In this document: piece after piece, positions 52,819 through 64,000 of the stretch
Layout: each line of letters opens with the position of its first letter
Position numbering within the stretch: the stretch's first letter is position 1
The notes under the pieces: generated by a model
What the model saw: only the letters and a program-made list of their open reading frames with translations
The model's database searches: none
What the model was told of the DNA's origin: nothing
NCBI GenBank assembly: GCA_951406725.2
Contig: OX597815.1
Location: 51,646,001-51,710,000, forward strand
Length of the DNA stretch: 64,000 bases
Reading direction: 5' to 3'
From: Octopus vulgaris
Taxonomy: Eukaryota
Translations under genes and position numbers: made by a program

Positions 52819-53180
52819 TATATTAAATCTATAGATACTACACATGTATATTTATTATATGGTTAGCTTATTTAAGGAGTTTGTCTATATTTGAACCATT
52901 TCTTATTTTGATTACAATTTAATGACTTGTAATAGCATTGTGTATTTTAATTAATTTTAAAGTTTTTAATAATTTAAGTATTGTTTTAGGTTTCACTTAT
53001 GTATAATTAGTATTTTCATACTTAAATTATTAAAAACTTTAAAATTAATTAAAATACACAATGCTATTACAAGTCATTAAATTGTAATCAAAATAAAAAA
53101 TGGTTCAAATATAGACAAACTCCTTAAATAAGCTAACTATATAATAAATATACATATGTAGTATCTATAGATTTAATATA
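52819..53180. repeat. ~160-bp-arm hairpin with 38-nt loop
   Basis: 52819-52980 is the reverse complement of 53019-53180 with few mismatches. Confidence 0.93.
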
Positions 53181-53271
53181 TATTAAAGTATATATTAGTA
53201 TATAAAGTATATATAAGTATATATATATTAAAGTATATTTATTAATTTATTTTATTATTCTAGTTTATTTT

Positions 53272-53360
53272 TAACCTGATGAGTGACTATATTTATATCG
53301 AAGTGATTTTACTACTACTATAATCATTTCTTAAATATAGCCACGAAACACGTGTCGTTA
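53272..53360 (+). ncRNA. Type I hammerhead ribozyme, canonical core, long stem II
   Basis: TAAC-CTGATGA-GTGACTATATTTA..GAAGTGATT..AATCATTTC..TAAATATAGCCAC-GAA-ACACGTGT-C-GTTA; GUC site, predicted cleavage after 53356. Confidence 0.85.
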
Positions 53361-53612
53361 TTCTACCAATTATATACGTTTTTATTATTTTTTTGCAATT
53401 TACTTAATCATTGAAATTTTGTTATTTTAATTTTGATATTTCTAATATATGTAATTTTCTGGATGGTGTAATTTAATTGTTCATTTTGAATTGATAAAAG
53501 GTGGGGTTTTTTTCTAATTTTTTATTTATATATTATATTGTGTGAAATTTGATTTAGTATTTCTAAATTGAATTTTTTCCCTGTAAGTTTGGATTTATAT
53601 TCCCTCAAATAA

Positions 53613-53654
<42 letters not shown>

Positions 53655-53792
53655 CATACACACACATACACATATGTCATTTGACTGTGGTCATTCTGGA
53701 GCACTGCCTTTAAATGAACAGAGAGAGACAGACAGACAGACAGACAAGCAAATAGAAATGCACACACACATGTATGTATGCATGTATGTCTC

Positions 53793-56700
53793 TATGCAAC
53801 AAATCCATAAACATCTCAAAATTATTTTCAAAAATATAATCATTAGTTAAACGACATATAGCACATCATTTTAAACCTTAAACTTTGTAGATTTAGATTC
53901 TACATGATATTTTTCTCATCAGAATGCTGGTGGGAAGAAATCTAACTTCAAAGTATTGTCTTTCTTTAATAAAATTTTGGCAAAAATTATTCTCTTTCAT
54001 TTGTAAAAAGAGCCCCATTTACTTCACTAGCTTTATCATTATTCACCAATTTCACCTGAATTGGTACTTCAGGTTGTCATCTTTTAGTAAACTGTAAATT
54101 AATTATTTAGAATTTGTCCAAAAGGTTGAAAGGGCAGGTTCATTCCTTAACTAGTTGTCATGTTGTCACATCATTACAAAATCACACTGTTTACAGTGTG
54201 ATTTTTGAATATTTCTTTCAAGATTGTAAACTTGTAAAAAAAACATTTGTGAAAGAGAAATATGGGTCCCAATGATATTCTAAAAATGTTCATCCTAACA
54301 CTAAGAAATGTGTCACAGCATTACGTAACAGTGTGACAAAAAATTCTCACACTTTTTCTGTAAGAGATTCTCACACTTTATCAAGGTAATCCATTACTGT
54401 TTACATTACATTTTTTTGTTTTTCAGACACAATGTTTTTAATATAGAAATTTAAAAAAAAAAAAATTATTGATATACAAATACTAATACATTATTTTATT
54501 ATTAATTTTCAAAAACCAATGCCTGAAAGGGTTAACAATGATAATACAATATCAAGCTGCCTATTTCAGTAAAGAATTATGTGAGGACAGGAATCCTCAC
54601 ACATTTAGAAATTTTTCTCATTTTAGCCTAAAATGCCCCTTAGCTGTGTAGAATGTCAAAAGAGACAGGAGATGATGACATTCATGTGGGTTCAAGTAAA
54701 GAAGGGCAACCTAACCTTAACTTGAATTTGAAAAGTAAAGTTCAGGAATTCTATGAATGTGGTGATAACTCAAGAATGTCACCAGGAAAATGAGATACAA
54801 TAATGGTTCAAAGCAATGGGCATAAGGAAATTCGTCAGAAGAGACATCTGTATGTCAAAATTGATGAACTTTATAGTTTATTCAAAGAAGAGTTTCTAAA
54901 TGATTATATCAGTAGTGCAAAGTTTGCTGAACTTCAACCAGGTCATGTCCTTTTATTAAAAGATATACCAAAGAGATTATTCATATGTAAAACCCATGAA
55001 AACTTCATCATGTTGATTGAAGCCAATCACAGAGTTGACCAAACTGTTTCATTGTATTCACATGATTTTGTTTCTGATCGTGTTTGTAACCCCACTATTG
55101 AACTTTGTTGGAATAATATTTGTTCAATTTGCCAGAATGAAAAGCTTTTCAAGTTTGACTCAGAACCTTTAGAGGAGGAAGTTACATGGTTTCAGTGGCA
55201 GAAAAAGGTGTCATCATCAGGAAAAATAGCAACTTCAAAAGCTGGAAACTAATGGATCAATGAAGGAAGCCATTGAAGAGTTAAAGCAACATATTCTACC
55301 ATTTCTGCTGCACCACTATATAAAACAAAAGTAAGCTTCGATGTACAATTCCCATAAGTCACAAACTCATAATGACACAAACTTGGCAATGTTACAGATA
55401 GATTTTTCAGAGAACTACTCAACATTCTGTCACGATGAAATTCAGTCCACCCATTGGCACAAAGTACAGATAGCAGTTTTTAGTGCAGCTTTATGGAAGC
55501 TTGGTGAATGCCACCCACCAGTCATTGTCTCTAATGACCTATCACATTCAAAAGAAGCCATATTGATTTTGTCTTTTTAACTTCTTTATTACAAAGTGAT
55601 ACACACATTCTGCAAATCTGGTCTGATGGACCAAACAGCCAATATAAAAACAGAATTATTGCTAACTGTTTACAATAGTTTGAAGATAAATTTTCAATAA
55701 AATTGCATTGGATTAACAGTGGATGGTATGGGGGTACAATAAAATGCACTGTAGCTAATTTGGTGACATGCAGAAAAGCATGGATCTATGATGCCAATTT
55801 CTTTTACAGTGTAGTCAAATCCTTATCTAAAGCCAGTGTTTTGTAAGTCCCAAGTACAGAGGTGGAAGATAAAATCAAATCATTTGGCTTGGATCATCTC
55901 ATTCACAATGCTTTGACATTGACAGGAATTTCAACAACCTACCATCTTGAATCCTCTGAACAGTCAGTTGTCATACATCCTTATACTGGTGTTTTGTACA
56001 CAGTACATAACCTTGAAAGTGCTCTGCAGGGAAATAAAGACAGAACTGAGGATGAAAATGAAATCCAAGTTTTTAAGAATGGGATGTTTGTAACCATTCT
56101 TTATCAGTTTGCAACAAGCAAGGGCAACATTACCAAAAAATTGATTGGCCGAATTTTTGATGTAGATAGGCTCTACTTTTAAAGCTACAGTATGGGAAGC
56201 CTGTAGGATCTTTAAGATGTTTTTCTCTTGTGTCCAAGGATACAGGGCAGATTTCTAGTTCACAAGTGTTGGAAATTTTATCTTCTCCTTCTTAAAAATG
56301 GGTGTTTATGAATTTTCTGAAAACATTGATGTAGATATTTTTTAGTTTTACCTTAAATTTTAATTTGTATCTCACTATTTTTGAAGTTTTAATGATATTT
56401 ATCTTGTTTATTGTTATTTCTTGTGAAAAGAAAGTTCTAAGTATGCAATGATTTTCTTCTAATTGATCTTTCTATTCCATTCCTTTGATAGAAATGCCTC
56501 TTGTCATGCTGTTACACTGGATGCACCGACTAAAACAGTAAAATATTGAAATACTCATACATTCAATTTAAGCACTGCAATCCTTAAACTAGATACCTTA
56601 GAGCATCTTATCAGCATAAGATTTTGAAAATTCCTTTTTGTTAGCTTGTTACAAGAAGTGAAGGTAATTGTAATTTTTTAATGGAAACTTTTTGTCATGC

Positions 56701-56881
56701 TTTTTGGCCATTATGAAAAATTGCTAAGTAAGAAAAAGAAATTTCATGGCTTGATTTAACATTTACATATAGACAGACACAGATGTGCAACTTGGTAGTT
56801 GAAGATTTGCTCAAAATTCTTTTAGCAGAGAAGACTGAAGTCAAATGTCATGCTATTACATTTATGGATTTGCTGTACATA
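53793..56881 (+). mobile_element. Degenerate DNA transposon, Sola-like (probably Sola2) transposase at ~54740-56180
   Basis: SRMSPGK, QKRHL, CKTHEN, QIDFSENY..EIQSTHW, IWSDGPNSQYKNR and VDGMGGTIK motifs with stops and frameshifts; weak terminal IR CAAATCCATAAA / TTTATGGATTTG; subfamily call from recalled motifs. Confidence 0.75.
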
Positions 56882-56949
56882 TGTATATTCCAGACTGTTT
56901 GTTCATAAGGACAAGGCTTAGAGACATAAAAGAATAAAATCATAAAGAT

Positions 56950-57155
56950 ATGAACTACTAATACTTTTTTGATGTGGAAACATGTGTCTATGCAGGTTTT
57001 TAAAAACACACCTTGTGTCTCCAAGCTATCTTCGGGCTCTGAGCACCATGAACACAGTGCACTCAGAGCCCACAGATTGGAGTTACAAGGGTTGTTTTTA
57101 AAAATCTGCCCACACACATGCTTTCACAGCAAGAAAATATTGGCAGCTATGTATT
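56950..57155. repeat. Diverged ~200-nt palindrome (old MITE-like hairpin)
   Basis: GCAGGTTTTTAAAAAC..CTCCAA..GGGCTCTGAG / CTCAGAGCCC..TTGGAG..GTTTTTAAAAATCTGC. Confidence 0.75.
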
Positions 57156-57286
57156 TGTGCAACCAGCACAAATACGAAAAACATCACAGATGTGCATACA
57201 GCTGTGAGGGGAAATCCTTGAATCACCATATTTTTATAGTGTGTATGATAAATGATATTTATCTATCAGGTAATTTATTTATTCAA

Positions 57287-57355
<69 letters not shown>

Positions 57356-57481
57356 TAACTTACTTGGAAATGGATGCATGGTGTTCAATCATAATATAAT
57401 ATAAATAATATATATATATATATGCATATATACACACATACATGTACATGCCTACATATATATGTGTATATATATATATAA

Positions 57482-57535
<54 letters not shown>

Positions 57536-57770
57536 GCATATATGGGTACAGGATGTCAAAAAAACATGAACAAAATGAGAAACGAGAACATAAAAATCAA
57601 AAGCATGGAAAATGAACATTTTTTTAACAAAGAAAGAAACAAATAGAGAAACGAGATGGGCAACAAAAAGAACATTCCCTTCATCAGTTGTCCACTGTTT
57701 TATCTACTCTGCATTTTGAAGGTAGGGACAAGACATGACTTCGTTAAAAGATATATGTAAATAGATATAT

Positions 57771-58608
57771 ACATATCAGCATGCAAAACTAAATGCAATA
57801 CCCAATAAATACACTGGATCTGGAGGGATTGCAATCCCAGAGGCACAACCAGTGCGAGACCTGGGTACTTACATGAGTAATGATGCAACCTTTCATGTGC
57901 ATGTTGCTAAATTGGCAATGAAATGTAGGCGGCTGACCGGATGGATTCTTAGAGCCTTTAGAACAAGAGACCAGGAAACCATGATGGTCCTCTGGAGGAC
58001 ACTTATCCTAAGCCACTTTGACTATTGCTCTCAGCTATGGTCACCATCCAGTGTCAAATTAATCACAGAACTTGAGGCAATCCAACGAAGCTACACGAAG
58101 AAGATAGCCTCTGTGCAGCATATAAGCTATTGGGAAAGACTCTATTCCTTAGAGCGTAGGTGAGAAAGATATGCCATAATATACATCTGGAAGATCCTGG
58201 AAGGACTTGTCCCAAACTTTGGCATCGAGAGTTACACAAATACCAGAACTGGGCGCCACTGCATAGTGCCAAGGACTCCAAATTTGCCATCAAGATGTAG
58301 GACAAGATGCTGTGATAGCCTGGGCTTCAGAGGTCCACAGCTCTTCAATATTCTCCCGAAAGACCTGAAAGACCTGCATGGGGTGGATGCAGATGTCTTT
58401 AAAATAAAACTGGATCTCTTCCTGTCAGGTGTCCCAGATGAACCGACTTCACAGCAGGAGGTGCAGATGTGGGCAGCTGCATCAAACTCTCTCATGCACC
58501 AAATGGCAATTGCTAAAAAGCATTCGTGAAGTAAAATCATGTAGCAACACTGAATGGCAGTGCCCCAGCTTGGTCACAGCTTGTGAGCTAAAACTGGATA
58601 AAATAAAA
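57771..58608 (+). pseudogene. CR1/L2-group LINE 3' fragment
   Basis: VRDLGTYMSND..HFDYCSQLWSP..LEAIQR..YWERLYSLERR..GPQLFNILP..FKIKLDLFL; tail GTGCCCCAGC..GAGCTAAAAC. Confidence 0.92.
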
Positions 58609-59148
58609 TTTTAAAAAATATATGTATACATATATATATAATACATATACACATACCTACATGTATGTGTAATACATATATACATACATATATAATATAT
58701 ATACATATATGTATAATACATATACATACATGTATAATACATATACACATACATACATACATGTATGTATGTATGTATGTGTGCGTGTGTTTACATATAC
58801 ACACACACACACACATACATACATACATGTACGTACGTATGTATGTATGTATGTATGTGTGTGTATGTATACATACACACACATATATATTTGGTGAGTT
58901 TTTCAGGGTTAAGTCTCTTTCAATTTCTAGTCAAGTCTGAAACAGAATTAACTTTGTAAAATGCACATAACAATAATACTTATACTACTACTAATAATAA
59001 AATAATGGCAGTGTGCTTGTGTGTGTACGTGTGTATATACACATGCACATACATACATATATATATACATAGGTTTGTATACATACAAAAGCCATACAAG
59101 ATGAAAATCAAAGAGACAGCTGAACAGATTGACAAGAACACTACTGCC

Positions 59149-59182
<34 letters not shown>

Positions 59183-59736
59183 TGTATGCGTGCACACACT
59201 CACATGCACACATACACCTGCAAGTGCACACGTACACACACACACACACGAAGTCAAGTATACACTTCCAAAGGTAGAGAAAAATTAATGAGAGAACTTT
59301 ACTGACAACTATAGAAGTACAGTATCTAGATACTGGGAGCTGAAAATATTTAATTATGCCAGATGATAATAGGAAGAATAGAAAGGTAATAAAAAGAGTT
59401 AAATAGCAAAAAGAACAGTAGAGAGGAGATAGAGTCGCTGCAGGAATTAGAAAGTTGTGAAGTAGCGGTATCAATGAGGTTTATATGCAACACCAGGTAT
59501 TAGGACAGTCTTCGAGAGTGAATTAATATTACTAATCACAGGCATGAGAACATGGCCATTATAGCTTAGTAAACTTACTTCTGCCACCTCCTACGGCAAA
59601 GTCATGGAAGGAAGAGGAAAAAAAATGGGAGGTGATTAATAGGAAGAGTTTTGGGGGGACCATTTAGTAAAAGCGGTTCCTATGCATCTATGAAGTGAAA
59701 CCTCATGGCAGTGTAGCTATCATGGCTCAGGTAATT

Positions 59737-59771
<35 letters not shown>

Positions 59772-61223
59772 GGAATCTGAAATAGAGGCTGTTAACTTAA
59801 CTTGCAATGTTTGTTGTTGTTGTTGTTGTTGTTAGTCTAAGAAACGTTGAAACACTTCTCTTTCTTACTCTCTCCATTCTTTGCACTAAATGCTTAAAGG
59901 GGGCTGTTTTGATCCTTAACAAGACAGGGGAAGAAGTTCAGTTGGCTATGTGATCTTGCAGTACAATCAATCCTACACCTGCTATTGAAGATAGATTTTG
60001 TTGTTTTTTTTCTTTGACTTACACAAAAAACTTTTATTGTGCTACTGCCAATTAGTATAGATACTTTACACCAGTAAGTTATGGCTATTGTGTACAAGAG
60101 TAAGGGAATATTGACTGCACCAACATGAATTGAAACTTACATCATTTTTTTAGTAGTAGTAGTAGTGGTAGTGGTGGTGGCAGTGGTAGTAGTAGTAGTA
60201 GCTTTTTGTGTAAAAGTTAATAGAGTGGACGACAATAAAAAGTGCCTGGGAAGATAGTGAAAAGAGAAAAAATATCAGTCTTTTCATCTTCATTTCTTAT
60301 AAAAAAATTCTTTCCTAAATAAGACTGCAGCAGATATTGTCGACAACAAAGCTGAAAACAACTATAATGACACACACAGCCCCCCCCCACACACACACAC
60401 ACAGCTACACTCACAAACTACAGCTATTACCACAGAAAGCATTTGGTGGCCTGTAAAGTTTCTGTTTACATGGAAACTGCAGGATTTGAAACAACTTCGT
60501 GATTGATAATTGGATACTCCAGCAAACTGCCAAACTCCAGGTAGCACCACAACTCATATGTAATTATTGTTTTTCATTCTTAAATTAACTTAAGCCTACT
60601 CCAACTATGATGCCATTTAGCTTGAAGGAAACTTTACTTATTTTTCTTTGAATAATAGTAGTTGTTGTCGCTAAAAGAAAGCAATAACATTAAGAATTTT
60701 ATTTTAACAAAATAAGGTATCCCACAGCAAGAGAAACAACATAGAACATATGTAAAAATATGAGCTTCTTCATTCATTTTTCAAAAAGGTATATCATTTC
60801 AGTTTGGAAGAAACCATGAGAAAAAGCCAGAGATGAAGCAGTGGATAACTAATTGCACATCTGCAATCACTTCTAGATAAACCCTGTAAAAGAAAGGCCA
60901 TCAGCTACTGAAAAGTATCCACTGGCCATCATTTACAAAGTACTTGGGTGATAAAATCAAAACAGTATAACATGGCCAGATGATTTATGCCTTCATCTCA
61001 CCTGTAACATGATAGTGTCCCAGCACAGCCATACTCCACTGCCTGTAGCCCATAAAAATAATAGAAAAATAATCAAAAGAATAGTCAACTTCAGATTACA
61101 ATATAGATATTTAAAAAGTTAAATGGTGATGAAGCCCAAAGACAGCTGAGTTGATGCTGCAAACAAGAAAGAAACCCAATGAATTTGATATTTACTGACA
61201 ATTGCTACAGCTCAAATCTTAGC

Positions 61224-61419
61224 TTAACCCTTGAGCATTCAGATTATTTTGTCAAAAGTAATGCTTATTTATTCATATTGTTTCGAATTAATCCTACATT
61301 ATCTTTGATATGATTGTTCATTGCAGGGTAGGTGTGAGAGGCCAGATCTAGCCAGTTTGAACATAAAACAAGTAGAGTATTAAGGCTGGATGTGTCTGGT
61401 TTAAATGCTAAAGGGTTAA
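61224..61419. mobile_element. piggyBac-type MITE family A
   Basis: TTAACCCTTGAGCATT...AATGCTAAAGGGTTAA; a further partial copy at ~62870-63086. Confidence 0.82.
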
Positions 61420-62544
61420 AGACTAAAAGTTATGATAAATAGAAACTACAAAAAGTAGAAAAACGAGGAATTTTTTTTTATTTTGTTTTGCTTTTCTGTT
61501 TTTTAATATATACATTAGTTAGAAAGATGGGCCATGCTCAAGACCTTTACAAGCCAGCTCAAACTGATGAAGTTGATGCAGTCCATCTATACGTGGACAG
61601 ATACAGAAACCAAAAGTCTGAAAAGTTTGGTATGTTAAAAACTCAGATTACAAACCAAGAAAGTGATTACTCCATCAGAAATAAATAAATCTCTCTCACA
61701 AGAAATAAGAGGTAAATCCCTCTCTCAATAGGAAATAGTAGGCATATATATTATATTTATATGCATGACAGATCCAGAAATGGTTGTAGGCTTCTCTCTC
61801 TCTCTGGCCAGGTAACCATGTACCTCCTCTACAGCAAGACACCTCTTTCTGTCTCTGTCTCACTATAACCTGTAATCATCTGACACAAGATCACCTCCTC
61901 CAATGCCCTCTCCTCTCTCAAAGAATCTTTGTCTTGCAAGTTACTTGGTGAGCCTGCCAGTGTTGGTGCCATGTAAAAAGCATCCAGTCCACACTGTAAA
62001 GTTTGAGCTGGCTTGTAAAGGTCTTGAGCACAGCCCATCCTTCTAACCATGTACATATTAAAAACTGACCTCACCCGTGCTCATACCATGTAAAAAGCAC
62101 TCAATCAACTCTGCTGGTTTAATGGTGCTAAAGAGGAAATCCAGTCATAAAAACCATGCCAAAACAGAAGTCTGGTGCAGTCTTCTGCCTGGTTGGCTCC
62201 TGTCAAACACTCCAACCCATGCCAGCATGGAAAGAAGATGTTAAACAATGATGATGTACTAACAATATGAAATAGACAGAAATTGAGAATAAGTATAATC
62301 AACCTTCATCATTCTGTTCCGCTTGAGATCATCTATTATTCTATTATGCACAAAACAGCCTGTTTTAAACAGAGCTGTGGAATCCGAACTGGTCAGAAAA
62401 AATGTAGTGACTCAGATTGAATGTAAATTGTAATATCATAAGTTAAAATTTCCAATTTCACAGATATTAATTTTGATTATTTTCTGCACTGAAAATAATC
62501 AAATCAGATTTTAAATCTCCTACGAAGTAGGATCTGGTAGTTCA

Positions 62545-62685
62545 AAGTTCAAATTCCGCAGAAGTCGACTTTGCCTTTCATCCTTTCAGGGTCAATAAAT
62601 TATGTACCAGTTGTGTACTGGGGTTGATCTAATCAACTGCCTTCCACCAAAAAATTTCAGGCCTTGTATCTAGGGTAGAAAAGAA
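62545..62685 (+). mobile_element. Deu/Nin-domain SINE fragment
   Basis: GTCGACTTTGCCTTTCATCCTTTCAGGGTCAATAAATTATGTACC. Confidence 0.7.
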
Positions 62686-63107
62686 TATTGTTTCTATAAA
62701 TATGCTAGTAAATTTGGTTCCTTGATTTAACCCCTATTCTACAGAGGCAGTGTTTCTTTAATAAATTTTGTAAAGTAATAAACTTTTCAATCCTTTATAA
62801 TTATTCTTTTATTTAAAGTAGTTTCTTGTTACATTCACTGAAATTTTATATTAAAAGATATTAAAAAATGCATTTAAACAGGCCATATCCGGCCAAAATA
62901 TGCTATCTGTTTTATGTTCAAACCAGCCAGATCCAGCCTCTCACACCTACTCTTCAATGTCATTCCAAAAATATACAATCACATCATCAAAATTTAAAAT
63001 TTCAAAAAAAATTGCATGATAAATTAAAAATAATGTTAATGGAAAAGCATTGCATTTGATAAAATAATCTGAATCCTAAAAGGTTAGTTTTGCAAAGGAA
63101 GGGTTCT

Positions 63108-63482
63108 TTCTTTTATTTGTTTATTTGTTTCAGTCAGACTGTGGCCATGCAGGAGCACTGCCTTGAAAGTTTTAGTCAAAGAAATTAACTCCAGGACTTA
63201 TTTTTTAAGCCTGTTACTTATTCTATTGGTCTCTTTTTGCCAAACCGCTGAGTTACAGGGACATAAACACACCAACACCAGTTGTCAAGGGATAATAGAG
63301 ACACACACACACACATATATGTATAATGGGATTCTTTCAGTTTCTTTCTATCAAATCCACTCACATGGCTTTAGTTGGCCTAAGGTAATAGTAGAAGATA
63401 CTTGCTCAAGGTGCTATGCAGTGGGAGTGAACCCGGAACCATTTAGTTGGAAAGCAAGCTTCTCACCACACAACCACGCCTG
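63108..63482 (-). mobile_element. SINE family 1
   Basis: Colinear with 24628-25044. Confidence 0.85.
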
Positions 63483-63724
63483 TATCTAATTGCCTTTATT
63501 TCTTTTAAAATAGTCATTTATTAAGTTACTATACATGATCATTCTTTTAATTTTAACTTTGATGGATGTTTGATTTTTGAAATGGTACAGAAAAATATTC
63601 TTGATTTTATGGTTTGTTTCTTTTAAATCTCTTTCATAAAAGCAGCATTACACTTAATATTTGTAACTTCTATAATCAACAATATACAAAAAAAAAAAGG
63701 GCCACAACAGAATATTTGTAGCTT

Positions 63725-63882
63725 TTAACCCTTTCACAGCAAAATTAAATTTCATGGTTATTCCAGGACTGATGTCCTCAGTCCAAAAAAAAAAAAAAAA
63801 TTAGTATATAAAACTGCTTTCTCCAGTTAAGGGTAATGAAATTTTGAGTAGATATATCTGCTTTCTACAGTAAAAGGGTTAA
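63725..63882. mobile_element. TTAA-flanked MITE (different family)
   Basis: TTAACCCTTT...AAAGGGTTAA. Confidence 0.55.
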
Positions 63883-64000
63883 ATCTAAACTTTAACAGGT
63901 TAGAGTGCTAAAAAGAAGTCTGATGATTCACACTGTCTATTGCATGTTTCAGTCAATATAATGATATACGATTAGATATAGAAGAGTCGGAGTCGTTATA

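Larger units (their letters stand above)
51709..53530. mobile_element. Penelope-like remnant bounded by ~177-bp inverted repeats (51709-51886 / 53355-53530)
   Basis: Near-identical inverted arms; right arm begins at the hammerhead cleavage site; same terminus recurs at 23078-23132; Penelope assignment is inferred from architecture, no ORF recognised. Confidence 0.65.

Noticed and set aside
57640-57730. Minus-strand CTGATGA as a hammerhead
   Set aside because: No correctly placed GAAA or pairing stem II

Overview
AT-rich, microsatellite-dense animal genomic DNA with no convincing host protein-coding exon. The repeat inventory (tRNA-derived SINEs, RTE LINEs ending in (GAT)n, CR1/L2 LINEs, Penelope-like remnants, very long (TA)n arrays) fits a cephalopod, probably Octopus; that assignment is inference. 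Almost all ORFs in the supplied track are translations of microsatellites. The real coding remnants are all transposon-derived: RTE reverse transcriptase, CR1/L2 RT, Penelope RT and GIY-YIG, Tc1 DD34E, mariner, a Sola-like transposase and a HERO-like endonuclease. Three structures stand out. (1) A ~4.5 kb nested palindrome (~9785-14308) whose core is a 3065-bp non-autonomous foldback DNA transposon (10679-13743) with ~1.33 kb arms and an 8-bp TSD AAAAAGGC, sitting in Helitron sequence, with inverted symmetry continuing outside the element. (2) At least four type I hammerhead ribozyme motifs (706-741 minus, 21479-21537, 41241-41332, 53272-53360), including a U3-A8 core variant and forms with long stem II extensions; in one case an inverted terminal repeat starts at the predicted cleavage site. 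(3) A tandemly repeated hairpin plus compact H-type pseudoknot module in the RTE 3' UTR. Coordinates were counted by eye, so boundaries of degenerate repeats are approximate.
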